The notes: a model not told the origin generated them from the letters alone. Shown: positions 30,355 to 42,400, counted from the first letter of the whole stretch. The stretch is DNA of 63,996 bases, filler included, from a bacterium (GCA_040757115.1; 6 parts of 6 records of this genome joined end to end with filler, not necessarily neighbours in it); one strand, 5' to 3'. A program made the numbers and translations.

Positions 30355-30810
30355 ATGAAATTTATAGCCGATGATATGTTAGGTAAATTAGCCAAATGGC
30401 TACGAATTCTTGGGTATGATACAATATATTATCGCACACAAAACGACTATGATTTAATAGAAATTGCCCAAAATGAAGGTAGAATATTACTTACCCGTGA
30501 TTCACAATTGGCAAGAAACTGGATTGTTCCGACACTTTTAATTAAAGATGAAATAATAGATGAACAACTTAAACAGGTAATCCAGAGGTTTAAGATTGAA
30601 ATAGGATGTGCCCTATTTTCAAGATGTCCAAAATGCAATACCCTATTGATAGAAATTGATAAAGAGGCGATTAAAGATAAATTACCTGAGTTTGTCTATC
30701 AAACTTATAATGAATTCTGGTCCTGTCCTACCTGCAACAGATATTATTGGCAAGGTAGCCATTGGATGAATATTAAGGCAAAAGTAGAAAATCTAAAAGT
30801 CTTACGGTAA
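30355..30810 (+). CDS. Mut7-C RNase domain protein
   Basis: 'F.AD.MLGKLAKWLRILGYD', 'RILLTRD', CxxC...CxxC and 'YW.GSH' motifs. Confidence 0.9.
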   Translation: MKFIADDMLGKLAKWLRILGYDTIYYRTQNDYDLIEIAQNEGRILLTRDSQLARNWIVPTLLIKDEIIDEQLKQVIQRFKIEIGCALFSRCPKCNTLLIEIDKEAIKDKLPEFVYQTYNEFWSCPTCNRYYWQGSHWMNIKAKVENLKVLR

Positions 30811-31022
30811 AATGTCAAGTAAAAAATTAAGTTTTTTTAAAAATATTTTTCCTGACTTATATCCCTAAAAAGGCACAAAAATAGTATGTTCGGATACAAG
30901 TGAATTTTTTAAATATCCAAATNNNNNNNNNNNNNNNNNNNNNNNNNNNNNNNNNNNNNNNNNNNNTTAATTAATTAANNNNNNNNNNNNNNNNNNNNNN
31001 NNNNNNNNNNNNNNNNNNNNNN

Positions 31023-31440
31023 TTTAGATGTATGAAATCTGAGTTAGGATTAAGACCTATTCACCATCAGAAAGAGGAGAGAGTAGATGGGCATCTTTTT
31101 ATTACGGTGATTGCTTATCATATTGGACAGACCATTCGTTTCAAGGGACGACGAAAAGGGATACAAGATAGTTGGTCAAGGATTCGCCAGATATTGTCGA
31201 GGCAAGTCCGGATAACCACAACCCTGAAAAGGAAAGATGGTCAATTGATTCAGATAAGAAAATCCTCAAAGGCTGAATTATCTCATCAAGAGATTTATAA
31301 TGCCCTGGAGTTACCTTATCAACCAGGGAAAACAGTCAAATCATTTTGTGGGGATTCATACTGTAGTGCCAAAACTCAACCTCTCTGCTCTGTAAGTTGT
31401 TGATAATACAAGACTTATTTTTTTAAGCGGCGAAGTTGGG
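31023..31440 (+). mobile_element. IS1634-family transposase 3' end and right terminus
   Basis: 'KSELGLRPIHHQKEERVDGHLFITVIAY'; terminus ...GCGGCGAAGTTGGG; the 5' part is lost in a gap. Confidence 0.85.
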
Positions 31441-31538
31441 CTAACACCTAACACCAATATCTACTATAGGTGATAATTCTTGAAAATAGTGCAGAATTTA
31501 CTCAACACGACACTAGATTAAGACACCACCTAATTTTC

Positions 31539-31709
31539 GGGACGGTTCATTTTATCGTTTTCCCTATGATTTGTTTCAGATATACATTTGTAAACATTCA
31601 CAGAAAGTTGAAATTGGAAATTAGAAATTGGGCTTTTATTTCTCCCTCTAATTTCTAATTTCAACTCCATTTTCTAACCGCAATCTTTCAAACAAAAGTG
31701 AACCGTCCC
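31539..31709. mobile_element. GGGACGGTTCA-ended MITE with 8-bp TSD
   Basis: TIR GGGACGGTTCA(T/C)TTT; perfect TSD TAATTTTC; interior (AATTGGA)n / (TCTAATT)n. Confidence 0.8.
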
Positions 31710-31733
31710 TAATTTTCTCTCTTATCCAAAACT

Positions 31734-31969
31734 GTAAGCGTTCAGGTAGTGTAACAAAAGGAGATGTGGAGATTAAGGAGATAGGGAGATATTATTAAAA
31801 AATTGAAATTAGTAGAAACTAATAGAAATTTATGGAAATTTGTTGTTTCCCACAATCAATTTCTACCTATTTCTATAAATTTCAATCTATTTCTATTATC
31901 TTATCTCCATATCACCCTTATCTCCTTATCCCCTTTCTTACACTTTTGATATATAGCCTGAACGGTTAC
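31734..31969. mobile_element. IS66-type ~236-bp MITE
   Basis: GTAAGCGTTCAGG...CCTGAACGGTTAC; perfect TSD CCAAAACT. Confidence 0.9.
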
Positions 31970-33066
31970 CCAAAACTTAATACTGCACAAATAACCGTTT
32001 CGATTTGTTGCGAGGTTAATTCAGGATAAATAGGAAGTGATAAAACCTCTTTAGCCGCCTGTTCGCTTTCTTTAAAATCTCCCATTTTATGCTCTAAGTA
32101 AGAAAATGCTGGTTGAAGATGTAAGGGTATTGGATAGTGAATAGCAGTATCAACACCTGTCTCTTTTAGATGTTTTATTAACCCATCTCTATTCTTTACC
32201 CTTATGGTGTATTGATTATATACAGGCTCGTTAAATGCTTCAACAAACGGGGTAATGATTTCTTTATTCCTGAATGCCTCATTATAGGTTTTGGCAATCT
32301 CCTGTCGTCTACGAGTCCACTCATTCAGTTTTTTTAATTTTACCCGTAATATGCCTGCCTGTAATTCGTCCAATCGGCTGTTCGTGCCAATAATTTCGTG
32401 GTAGTATTTAACTTGTGAGCCATGAGTGCGTAGCATTTTAAGTTTTTTGGCAATATCTTCATCGTTAGTCGTAATTATTCCTCCATCACCATAGGCACCT
32501 AAGTTTTTAGCCGGGAAAAAGGAAAATCCACCTGTTGTGCCCATTTGACCAACCATTTGACCCTTGTATTTAGCCCCAATTGCCTGGGCGGCATCCTCTA
32601 TCACGGCTAAATTATACTCTCTGGCAACAGGTAATATTTCATCCATATCCGCTGGTTGACCATAAAGATGAACCGGGATAATGGCTTTAGTTTTAGGAGT
32701 AATAGCGGTTTTAATCTTAGATGGGTCAATATTATAAGTTTTGGGGTCAATGTCAACAAATACAGGTTTTGCCCCTAAAAGCACTATCACCTCAGCCGTA
32801 GCAATAAAGGTGAACGGTGAAGTAATCACCTCATCTCCTGCTTTTATCTCACACGCCATAAGACTCAACAGGAGGGCATCAGTGCCAGAGGCGACGCCTA
32901 CGGCATATTTAGTTTGACAAAATGAAGCAATCTCCTCTTCTAACTTCTTGACATTTTCACCTAATATGAAACTACCATTTCTAATAACTTCATTTATTAC
33001 CCCATCAATTTCTCCTGAAATACTTGCATATTGCGCCTTTAAATCTAACAATGAAACTTTATTCAT
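31966..33066 (-). CDS. DegT/DnrJ/EryC1/StrS sugar aminotransferase
   Basis: 'VHLYGQ', 'EDAAQA', 'SFFPAKNLGAYGDGG' and 'NSRLDELQA' motifs. Confidence 0.95.
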   Translation of the reverse strand: MNKVSLLDLKAQYASISGEIDGVINEVIRNGSFILGENVKKLEEEIASFCQTKYAVGVASGTDALLLSLMACEIKAGDEVITSPFTFIATAEVIVLLGAKPVFVDIDPKTYNIDPSKIKTAITPKTKAIIPVHLYGQPADMDEILPVAREYNLAVIEDAAQAIGAKYKGQMVGQMGTTGGFSFFPAKNLGAYGDGGIITTNDEDIAKKLKMLRTHGSQVKYYHEIIGTNSRLDELQAGILRVKLKKLNEWTRRRQEIAKTYNEAFRNKEIITPFVEAFNEPVYNQYTIRVKNRDGLIKHLKETGVDTAIHYPIPLHLQPAFSYLEHKMGDFKESEQAAKEVLSLPIYPELTSQQIETVICAVLSFG

Positions 33067-33101
33067 TTTTTTATTCTCCTTTAAAATGGTATCAGATTTT
33101 C

Positions 33102-33185
33102 GTAATCGTTCACAGCACAGACACAGAGACGCAGAGAAAAAATTAAAATCTATTCACCAAAGACAGAAATTTCCTCTTTTTGTAC
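33102..33185. mobile_element. Partial IS66-type MITE
   Basis: Matches the left part of the outer 25517 element. Confidence 0.6.
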
Positions 33186-33426
33186 CTGTTTAGCGTGGTC
33201 AGAGAGCACAAATGAATAGTACTGACTTAGTGCGAAACCACTTCAAACACAACAAGTTGTGTAATACAAAATCAAAAATTAAATATTATACTCACCAACG
33301 GCACAAATTAAGATTTTTTAATAGGGACTCGATAGTTAGGTGATATAGGGTTTTGAGATATATTACCATAGTGTTAAACAAATGTCAACAATTATTGTTT
33401 TGAAATAGTTCTGAAGAGTAAATTTT

Positions 33427-33627
33427 GCTGGTGTCTGAAAATAACGCTAATAGTGAAATCTATGTAGATTTGGTGTCCAAAAGGGGATAAGAAAATAAAG
33501 GGAGATATGGAGATTATTCATTGTAATTTCCAAAATTTTAGAATGAATTTATCTTCTAATCTCCATAATCCCCATATCTCCTTTTCGGACACTATTTCAA
33601 ACCTTTATGATAGATTAAGACACCACC
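33427..33627. mobile_element. GGTGGTGTCT-ended MITE (opposite orientation to 11826)
   Basis: Reverse-complement match to 11826-12026. Confidence 0.8.
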
Positions 33628-33730
33628 AATTAATTATAAGGTAAGGGAAGAATAATAATCTTAAACCTACCTGCACAGGTCTCATTTTTTTATTAAAGTC
33701 AACTTTTTTTATTTATTTACTAAAAAATAC

Positions 33731-33760
33731 TTGACAAAATATTATCTAATAAGATATACT
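33731..33760 (+). promoter_or_regulatory. sigma70 promoter
   Basis: TTGACA-18 bp-TATACT. Confidence 0.6.
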
Positions 33761-33805
33761 GATATTAAAATTGTATTCAATTATTAAAAATGGGGGGAAA
33801 GAAAA

Positions 33806-35248
33806 ATGAAACAATCAGGATTTTTATTATTAGTGGTTGTTTTTGGGATAAGTAATTTGGGGGTAGTAGCGAGTCAAGAAGTTACCCAAAAACAAAAACC
33901 TACTTCAAAGATAGGACAATTCTCTTTGAGAAATGATGCAGAAAACTTAACTAAACCAATTGGTTCTCCTGTGGCGTTAGAACCAAAGGAAAGGGTAGAA
34001 GAAGTAAAGAAGGTTGAGGAAAAAGCGATTTCTGGAGAGGAATTGCGTCCCAAAATACCTCAGCCAACCGTTAAACCTAAAGAAGTAAAAAGAGAAGAAG
34101 TAGTTAAAGAAGAAGAGCGAATGGGATTAAAATTCGCTGAAGGCAAAGAGGAATTGCCGAAGATTATAGCTAAAACAAAGGTTCCACCGCCACCTCCAAC
34201 AGAACCAACCCTGCCAGAAGAATCTAAATACTTTTTACAATTAACCCCGCAAGAACCTTTACCTAAAGTCAAACCTGAAATCAAAAAGCCCAAAGTTATT
34301 GCTAAACCTCCAGTCGAGGAAGAAAAAGTAGTTGTTGCAAAGACAGAAGAAATAATTCCTCCGGCGCAGATTGAAGAAAAATTACCAGTCCCAAAACCTA
34401 AATTTGCCTTCGAGAGAATAAATCCTGTTATAAAATGGTTAATTGTTCTTTTTGGTCTTCTTACTTTAATTTTATTCTTATGGGTAAGATATTTATGGAG
34501 ACAAAGAGAATTAGTTGCTTTATCAGAAATTGAAGGGATTCCTGCAGAAAAACCGGGTGTCTACAAATCATTAGTTGAGGATGTAAAAGAATTACAAGCA
34601 GGTTACCGTGGACTTGAAAAGATGGTTGAAAATGTAGATAAAAAACTGGGGGTATTAAAAGGTGTGCCGATAGAAGAATTTACCCGCCAGACATCTAAAG
34701 AGACTCTAAAACCAATTGAAACTGGAATAAAAGAATTACAAACTACCTGTCAGGGATTGGAAAAGATGTTTGGAGATTTTGATAAAAGACTTGCTCCGTT
34801 AGATGCGTTAAAAGGATTAAGTATTAAAGAATTAGCTCAACAAACAAGTATGGAGGTTTATAGACCCATAGAAAATGAATTTAAAAAAATGCAAGTCTCT
34901 TATGAACGAATAATGACAGAAGTAGAAGAGAATATAGATAAAAAATTTGATGCCATTAATAAAAAAAGCAAAAATTTAGAAAAAAGCGTTGCGGAAATAG
35001 ATAGTAGGTTAATCACTGTTGATTCAATAGTTTCGTCTTTGCCCAGAACAGAACTCTCGGTGGCTAAACCTATGATAAAAACTGAAGAAGTAAAATCAAC
35101 AACGACTAAAGATAAAAGAACACGGGAAATTCTACATAACCAGATATACAAATTATCTGATGAAGGATTATCAATTGATGAAATAGCTCAACGAACTAAA
35201 TTGGGTAAAGGAGAAGTAAGGTTGATTTTAGGACTGAGGAAGAAGTAA
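33806..35248 (+). CDS. Membrane-anchored protein with Pro/Glu/Lys-rich linker, coiled coil and C-terminal HTH (DUF6115/DUF2802-like)
   Basis: Signal peptide, one TM at about aa 210, C-terminus 'IYKLSDEGLSIDEIAQRTKLGKGEVRLILGL'. Confidence 0.65.
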   Translation: MKQSGFLLLVVVFGISNLGVVASQEVTQKQKPTSKIGQFSLRNDAENLTKPIGSPVALEPKERVEEVKKVEEKAISGEELRPKIPQPTVKPKEVKREEVVKEEERMGLKFAEGKEELPKIIAKTKVPPPPPTEPTLPEESKYFLQLTPQEPLPKVKPEIKKPKVIAKPPVEEEKVVVAKTEEIIPPAQIEEKLPVPKPKFAFERINPVIKWLIVLFGLLTLILFLWVRYLWRQRELVALSEIEGIPAEKPGVYKSLVEDVKELQAGYRGLEKMVENVDKKLGVLKGVPIEEFTRQTSKETLKPIETGIKELQTTCQGLEKMFGDFDKRLAPLDALKGLSIKELAQQTSMEVYRPIENEFKKMQVSYERIMTEVEENIDKKFDAINKKSKNLEKSVAEIDSRLITVDSIVSSLPRTELSVAKPMIKTEEVKSTTTKDKRTREILHNQIYKLSDEGLSIDEIAQRTKLGKGEVRLILGLRKK

Positions 35249-35388
35249 TTGGTAACCGTTACTACTAATGACCAATTAGTTGAATTTCACTTCAGAGGGT
35301 TAAAGAGTATTTAATCTTCTAATTTACAGGGGACAATGACAGGTTGTCTATTGTCTTTTTTTTTAACTGATAAAAAGGAGCTAAAAAA

Positions 35389-36678
35389 GTGAGAAGAAAT
35401 TTAAAATGGAAGGCATTACTTATTATTGGTGTAATGGGTGTGTGTATATTTCTGATGTTACCTCCTCAGCAGAAAATAAAATTAGGTTTAGACCTGCAAG
35501 GAGGAATGCATTTAGTTTTAGAGGTGGATACGGCGAAATTACCTCCTGGTTCTGACCCCTCAGATGCAGTCGACCGAGCATTAGAGATTATCCGAAATCG
35601 AGTAGATAAATTTGGGGTATCAGAGCCGATTATTCAAAAAGAAGGAAAGGATAGAATTGTTGTTCAACTACCTGGTTTAAAAGACCCAAGACGGGCGAAA
35701 AACTTAATTGGTTCAACCGCACTTTTAGAATTTAGATTAGTTGATAACGAACGATTGGATGATGCTGAGGCAGGGAAGATACCAAGAGGTTATGAGATAT
35801 TAGAGGATGACGAGGGGAAGAAATTCCTGGTGAAAAAAGACCCGGAATTAACGGGTGATACTCTAGTCAATGCCTGGGTTGATAGTAATCAGGGTGGAAT
35901 AGTAAGTCAACCAGTTGTTTCACTTGAGTTTAATAAAGTTGGGGCAAGAAAATTTGCCCGGGTAACTGGTGCCCATATTAATGAACAGTTAGCCATTGTT
36001 TTGGATGGGAAAGTCAGGTCTGCTCCAGTAATTAGAAGTAGAATTGACGGAGGAAGAGCTCAAATTGAAGGTAATTTTACATTAGAAGATGCGCGAGACC
36101 TGAAGATTATTCTACGCGCAGGAGCTCTGCCGGCACCGGTTAAAGTGATAGAAGAACGCACTGTTGGTCCCTCACTGGGGCAAGATTCTATCCATAAAGG
36201 AATTATTGCCTCAATGGCTGGATTTATGTTAGTTGTTCTATTTATGGGTATTTACTATAAAGTGTCGGGTGTAATTGCCAATGTTGCTCTGGTTGGCTGT
36301 TTAGTAATGTTGTTAGGTGGATTAGCCGGGTTTAAAGGAACATTAACCTTACCAGGTATCGCGGGTATTATCTTAACTATGGGTATGGCACTTGATTCTA
36401 ATGTCCTTATCTTTGAGCGGATAAGAGAGGAACTCCGTGCTGGCAGACCGGTTAAAACCGCTATCGATTCGGGATATAAAAAGGCATTCTGGACTGTCTT
36501 TGATTCGCATGTAACAACATTAATTACCGCTCTTATCCTTTTTGTCTTTGGCACTGGACCAATCAAAGGCTTTGCCGTGACCTTATCTCTTGGTGTGACC
36601 ATTAGTCTATTTACGGCAATCGTTATCACTCGACTTATTTTTGACTTAAGAAAAGAATATCAGACACTTAGTATTTAA
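35389..36678 (+). CDS. secD: Protein translocase subunit SecD
   Basis: 'LGLDLQGG', 'RVD.FGVSEP', 'GPSLG' and 'TLPGIAGIIL..GM..D.NVLIFERI' motifs. Confidence 0.95.
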   Translation: MRRNLKWKALLIIGVMGVCIFLMLPPQQKIKLGLDLQGGMHLVLEVDTAKLPPGSDPSDAVDRALEIIRNRVDKFGVSEPIIQKEGKDRIVVQLPGLKDPRRAKNLIGSTALLEFRLVDNERLDDAEAGKIPRGYEILEDDEGKKFLVKKDPELTGDTLVNAWVDSNQGGIVSQPVVSLEFNKVGARKFARVTGAHINEQLAIVLDGKVRSAPVIRSRIDGGRAQIEGNFTLEDARDLKIILRAGALPAPVKVIEERTVGPSLGQDSIHKGIIASMAGFMLVVLFMGIYYKVSGVIANVALVGCLVMLLGGLAGFKGTLTLPGIAGIILTMGMALDSNVLIFERIREELRAGRPVKTAIDSGYKKAFWTVFDSHVTTLITALILFVFGTGPIKGFAVTLSLGVTISLFTAIVITRLIFDLRKEYQTLSI

Positions 36679-36739
36679 AAATATAAAATTCCAAAATTCG
36701 GTTACATAAAATTAGTTTTAATTTGAAGAGTGAGAGAAA

Positions 36740-36937
36740 ATGAATCAAGAAAAAGAAAATTTAATAGAAAGTTTATCTAAAATGTTAGGACTTATTGGGG
36801 GAGGATGGATTATCCTTGAACTCATAAAGACTTTCTCAAAAAAAGTCTATAGATGCCCTCGGTGTCATGGGAGAATTGAAGAAAGAGGAATAAGTCAATG
36901 TCCTTCCTGTGGAGTAAAATTGAGATGGAAAATTTAG
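36740..36937 (+). CDS. Small membrane-anchored zinc-ribbon protein
   Basis: Hydrophobic segment followed by CPRC...CPSC. Confidence 0.55.
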   Translation: MNQEKENLIESLSKMLGLIGGGWIILELIKTFSKKVYRCPRCHGRIEERGISQCPSCGVKLRWKI

Positions 36938-37200
36938 ATGACAAAGAGGAAATAGAAATAATTGGAAGAAAAGACGAAGAATATGAAATTCCTAAAGGAA
37001 GATATAGATTATTTGAGTGGAGTGTAAAATTAGTTTGTTTAGGAGTAGGAATTTTTATCACAACTTTATTATATAATAAATGTTTGTTTAATCAAAACTG
37101 TAATATAATAATTAGTGTGTATTTTGCTTTATTGGGATTGACATTTTTTAGCGCCGCAGGACTACCTGTTGATAAAGTAGTCAATATAAAATGGACATAA
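36925..37200 (+). CDS. Small hypothetical membrane protein
   Basis: Two TM segments; overlaps the previous ORF and ends at the secF SD. Confidence 0.5.
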   Translation: MENLDDKEEIEIIGRKDEEYEIPKGRYRLFEWSVKLVCLGVGIFITTLLYNKCLFNQNCNIIISVYFALLGLTFFSAAGLPVDKVVNIKWT

Positions 37201-37210
37201 AGGAGATTCA

Positions 37211-38125
37211 ATGATAGAATTACTTAAGAATCCTAAGATAAATTTTGTAGGGGTTCGATATTATGCTTACATAGGCTCAACTATATTAGTCGTTATAGGC
37301 ATTGTTGCCATTATTTTTACAGGAATAGGGAAAGCGAATTTGGGTGTTGATTTTGCGGGAGGTTCTTTGGTCCAGATAAGTTTTCAAAAACCAGTTACCG
37401 CAGATAGATTACGACAGGCATTAGTTTCAAATAACTTACCTGAAAGTGAAATACAACAAATGGCAGAATCTAATCGGGTATTAATCAGGACGCGAAAGGC
37501 AGAGGTAAAAGGAGAGAAAATAGATGAGCGAATAAGAAAGATATTTAGTCAGGAATTTAAAGGGAATAGATTTGTGATGGAGCGAGTCGAAGAAGTAGGT
37601 CCAAAGATAGGTAAAGACCTTAAAACCAAAGCCTTTTGGGCGATATTCTGGGCAATAATCGCTATAACTTTGTATATAGCGTTTAGATTTGAATTTAGAT
37701 TTGGATTAGCCGCCGCTGTTGCCACCCTACATGATGTTTTAGCGGTGTATGGTTTAGTTTGGATAACAAACCGCGAAATTACCCTTTTAACTATAACTGC
37801 CCTCCTGACCTTAGCCGGATACTCTCTAACTGATACAGTTGTGGTTTTTGACCGTATTCGTGAGAACTTAAAACTACGACGCAAAGAGGCTTATGAGGTA
37901 ATCATTAACTCAAGTATAAACGAAGTTTTAAGTCGCACAATCGTCACAAGTCTAACTGTACTTTTAGTCCTTCTGGCTCTTGTCATTTATGGTAGCCAGG
38001 TAACTTTTGATTTCTGCTTAGCGTTATTATTAGGAGTTGTCATCGGAACATATTCTTCTATTTATGTGGCAAGTCCTATTTTGATTGAATGGCACCATCT
38101 TGCTATGAAAAAAATAAAAGCATAA
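37211..38125 (+). CDS. secF: Protein translocase subunit SecF
   Basis: 'GVDFAGG', 'VGP.IG', 'LHDV' and 'GYS..DTVVVFDRIRE' motifs. Confidence 0.95.
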   Translation: MIELLKNPKINFVGVRYYAYIGSTILVVIGIVAIIFTGIGKANLGVDFAGGSLVQISFQKPVTADRLRQALVSNNLPESEIQQMAESNRVLIRTRKAEVKGEKIDERIRKIFSQEFKGNRFVMERVEEVGPKIGKDLKTKAFWAIFWAIIAITLYIAFRFEFRFGLAAAVATLHDVLAVYGLVWITNREITLLTITALLTLAGYSLTDTVVVFDRIRENLKLRRKEAYEVIINSSINEVLSRTIVTSLTVLLVLLALVIYGSQVTFDFCLALLLGVVIGTYSSIYVASPILIEWHHLAMKKIKA

Positions 38126-38179
38126 GGATAGAACTTAGTGTTATGTTGAAAAATAACACACGAATTTTGCTAATTTTTT

Positions 38180-38551
38180 GTAAGCGTTCAGGTGGTGTAA
38201 CAAAAGGAGATGTGGAGATTAAGGAGATAGGGAGATATTATTAAAAAAATTGAAATTAGTAGAAACTAATAGAAATTTATGGAAATTTGTTGTTTTCCAC
38301 AATCAANNNNNNNNNNNNNNNNNNNNNNNNNNNNNNNNNNNNNNNNNNNNTTAATTAATTAANNNNNNNNNNNNNNNNNNNNNNNNNNNNNNNNNNNNNN
38401 NNNNNNAGCTAATTGCGAAAGTTAACAGTTATATTGGCTATCTACGCAGATGTAAGCAAGGAATGGAGGAAGAACAGTCTGGTGGTCAGACACCAAGACA
38501 CCAGACACCAAGACACCAGACACCTATACCTCAGAGTATCTGAACGCTTAC
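38180..38551. mobile_element. IS66-type MITE parts on either side of an assembly gap
   Basis: Left part GTAAGCGTTCAGGTGG... to the gap; right part (AGACACC)n...TGAACGCTTAC. Confidence 0.65.
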
Positions 38552-38617
38552 TAGCGGTAAAATTAGTAAATGACGTTGTAGGGTTATAAACATTTTAAAT
38601 TAAGGGAGGGAAATAAA

Positions 38618-39259
38618 ATGGTAAAAATTAAGCGCGCAGTAATCTGGATTTTAGTCGCAAGTATGGTCAGTGCCACACCTGGAGTCTCCTACTCCAAAAT
38701 CACACAAAGGTATAAGGATAGCGATTTAATCATTATTAAAAAAGGGGATACGCTCTGGGACTTAGCCGGATATTATTATCGCCAGCCTTACCTCTGGCCA
38801 AAGTTCAAACAATACAACATATTCACTGACCCACATTGGATTTACCCGGGAGAAAAATTAGCCATCGGCAGGGAGAAGGCTTCTCAACTATGTGCTGTGC
38901 TTCAAGCGAAAATAAATGAGATGGAAAAGGAAAAGGAAAAAAATCAACAAAAAATTAGCGAATTAGAACTTGAGATTAAAAGACTAAAAGATGAAGGATT
39001 AGTCGTCCTGCTCCAGCAAAAGGAGAGTGAGTTAGTTAAAATTCAACAGCAAGTTTCATCTAAAGATGAAGAAAATGAGATGCTCAAAAGTGCTATCCTT
39101 GAGCTTCAAATGAAATTGGTTGAGTCTCAGGCAACTATCAATATGCAAGCACAACAAATTGACCATCTAATTAAGGTTAAAAATGTCGCGTTAAACGCTG
39201 GCTATTTCTTAGGATTTGCTGTTATCTCGACTTTATTGGCGGGAGAAGTAGTTAAGTAA
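38618..39259 (+). CDS. LysM-domain coiled-coil protein
   Basis: Signal peptide, 'IKKGDTLWDLA..YY..PYLWP......DPHWIYPG', coiled coil and C-terminal TM. Confidence 0.8.
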   Translation: MVKIKRAVIWILVASMVSATPGVSYSKITQRYKDSDLIIIKKGDTLWDLAGYYYRQPYLWPKFKQYNIFTDPHWIYPGEKLAIGREKASQLCAVLQAKINEMEKEKEKNQQKISELELEIKRLKDEGLVVLLQQKESELVKIQQQVSSKDEENEMLKSAILELQMKLVESQATINMQAQQIDHLIKVKNVALNAGYFLGFAVISTLLAGEVVK

Positions 39260-39409
39260 GAAAGTAATGAATATAAAGGTCAAGGTTGATTTTTGTCCTC
39301 TGATATATTTCTCAGTGCCTCTGTGTCTGAGTGGTGAGGTGAACGGTTACCATCTAACTAACCCTGAACTTTGAACAGGTAACCCTGAATCTTTTTACGA
39401 CGAAGTCGC

Positions 39410-42400
39410 TTATCTTATAACGGCAATCTTACCTGTTTTCTTCTCTTCCTCATTGTCTGTGATAATATAGATATAGACACCGCTTTCGAGAGGATGGCCA
39501 TAGTCATCTCTAACATCCCAGCACCAATATCCCTCAATATGCTCTACAAACCGTCTTAGACTTCCGGCGATGTCATAAATTCTTATCTTACAATCCATTG
39601 GCAATCCTTCAAAGATTATCTCTTTATCCCCGCGTTGTGGTTTAAACGGAACAGGATAAACTATGAAATTGCTTAGATTTGGTTGAACCGCATAACCCAT
39701 TAAAACATAAGTTCCCATCTTATAGATTTGTGCCTTTACCCGATTTCCAATTCGGTCAATTGTTGGTGTCGTATTTACCGGCTTCCACTGATTATTTTCA
39801 AGGATGTGTAGTCTGAGGCTCTTTTCTAAGATATTTGTGCCATCTACTATCTTATCCTGGTCATTATCATCAAAAGGAATAATCAGAAAAGTGGCATTCC
39901 CAAAGTCATAGTCGAGCAATTTTTTATCACCATCAATTATTTTAATCTCGCGGATTGAATTTCTTACACCATCCAATTTCGTATCCTGGTCATCGGCAAG
40001 ATTGGCATTTTTAATCTCCAGATTTTCAGGATTCGCATTAATCATTACATAATAATTCGTTCCATTCAAAGATTTTGGGTTAATAGTCAATATTGTATTC
40101 CCCTCAGCCGTTACCGTTCCGTAGTTATCGTCAATCAATGCGGCAAAGGTATTACTTGTCCCTCTGATGTTAGCAAAATTAGCGATAAGTTGAATATCAA
40201 GAGCCACAGTATTAATCGTTATTGTCCCCTGCCATAGCCCATCTACAAATCTACCATTAGCCGTAAGATTAATATTTTCTGGGACAGGACATAGACTAAT
40301 CTCATTATCAAAATCGACTAAATTATTATAAACATCTCTTGCCGTGATAGTCACAGGAAATGGTTTTCCGCCAACTTGATGTGGGATTACCTCAAAATTG
40401 AAATGGTCTAATTCACTCTCTGATAGAAAGATAGTCGAAGTGCCAATTATTGTTCCATTGGTAGCCTTTATGATTCCAGTTATTGGAGAAAGACCTGCCG
40501 TAAATGTTGTAGATGTTCCGATAACAGGATTTACCTGACCCAGAGATGTTGGGATAACCTCCCAATTACAGATTACATTTAAAATAGGATTATCGTAGTA
40601 GTCATACCCATTGACATAAAATTCGCAACTTGTGGTAATAGAGAGAGTTACAGTAGCAGGAGTAATAATTAAATGATGTAATTGACCTGGGATAATAGTA
40701 ATTGTCGCCATCCCAGTAATAGTCCCGGAGGTTACGGATACTGTTCCGATTAATGCCTTTGTGCCAGCAGTAAAAAGTGTCATCGAGCCTATTTGTGGGG
40801 TTAAACTCCCTATGAATTGTTCCACCTGCCATTTGTAACTCGAAATCTCCGTGAGATAATTATCAAACATATCATATCCTTTAGCCAAAAAGGAACAACT
40901 ATTTAAAATACTTACAGTTTGAGTTTGAGGAAAGATATTAATATGATGTAGTTCACCCGGGGTAATGGTGATAGAGGCAAAGGCACTCTTACCACTGGAT
41001 GTCGCCATTATCATTCCCTCGCAAACAACTATTCCAGCGGTAAATAGGGTTGATGAGCCAATAGCAGGCAAGATACTCCCACCAATAACAGACCAATTAT
41101 AACTTAGTTCTGGAATCAGGTTATGATACTTATCATACCCTTGTGCATAAAACATCAGACTTTCAGTTACTCTTATGGTAGCAAAACCTGGAGTTATCTG
41201 AATATAATCTACCGCACCAGGGATAATAGTAATTGTCGCCATCCCAGTAATAGTCCCGGAGGTTACGGATACTGTTCCGATTAATGCCTTTGTGCCAGCA
41301 GTAAAAAGTGTCCTCGAGCCTATTTGTGGGGTTAAACTCCCTATGAATTGTTCCACCTGCCATTTGTAACTCGAAATCTCCGTGAGATAATTATCAAACA
41401 TATCATATCCTTTAGCCAAAAAGGAACAGCTATTTAAAATNNNNNNNNNNNNNNNNNNNNNNNNNNNNNNNNNNNNNNNNNNNNNNNNNNNNNNNNNNNN
41501 NNNNNNNNNNNNNNNNNNNNNNNNNNNNNNNNNNNNNNNNTCGAGCCTATTTGTGGGGTTAAACTCCCTATGAATTGTTCCACCTGCCATTTGTAACTCG
41601 AAATCTCCGTGAGATAATTATCAAACATATCATATCCTTTAGCCAAAAAGGAACAGCTATTTAAAATACTTACAGTTTGAGTTTGAGGAAAGATATTAAT
41701 ATGATGTAGTTCACCCGGGGTAATGGTAATAGAGGCAAAGGCACTCTTACCACTGGATGTCGCCATTATCATTCCCTCGCAAACAACTATTCCAGCGGTA
41801 AATAGGGTTGATGAGCCAATAGCAGGCAAGATACTCCCCCCAATAACAGACCAATTATAACTTAGTTCTGGAATCAGGTTATGATACTTATCATAGCCTT
41901 GTGCATAAAACATCAGACTTTCAGTTACTCTCAGGGTAGCAAAACCTGGAGTTATCTGAATATAATCTACCGCACCTGGGATAATAGTAATTGTCGCCAT
42001 CCCAGTAATAGTCCCGGAGGTTACGGATACTGTTCCGATTAATGCCTTTGTGCCAGCAGTAAAAAGCGTCATCGAGCCTATTTGTGGGGTTAAACTCCCT
42101 ATGAATTGTTCCACCTGCCATTTGTAACTCGAAATCTCCGTGAGATAATTATTAAACATATCATATCCTTTAGCCAAAAAGGAACAACTATTTAAAATAC
42201 TTACAGTTTGAGTTTGAGGAAAGATATTAATGTGATGTAGTTCACCCGGGGTAATGGTAATAGAGGCAAAGGCACTCTTACCACTGGATGTCGCCATTAT
42301 CATTCCCTCGCAAACAATTATTCCAGCGGTAAATAGGGTTGATGAGCCAATAGCAGGCAAGATACTCCCCCCAATAACAGACCAATTATAAGTTAGTTCT

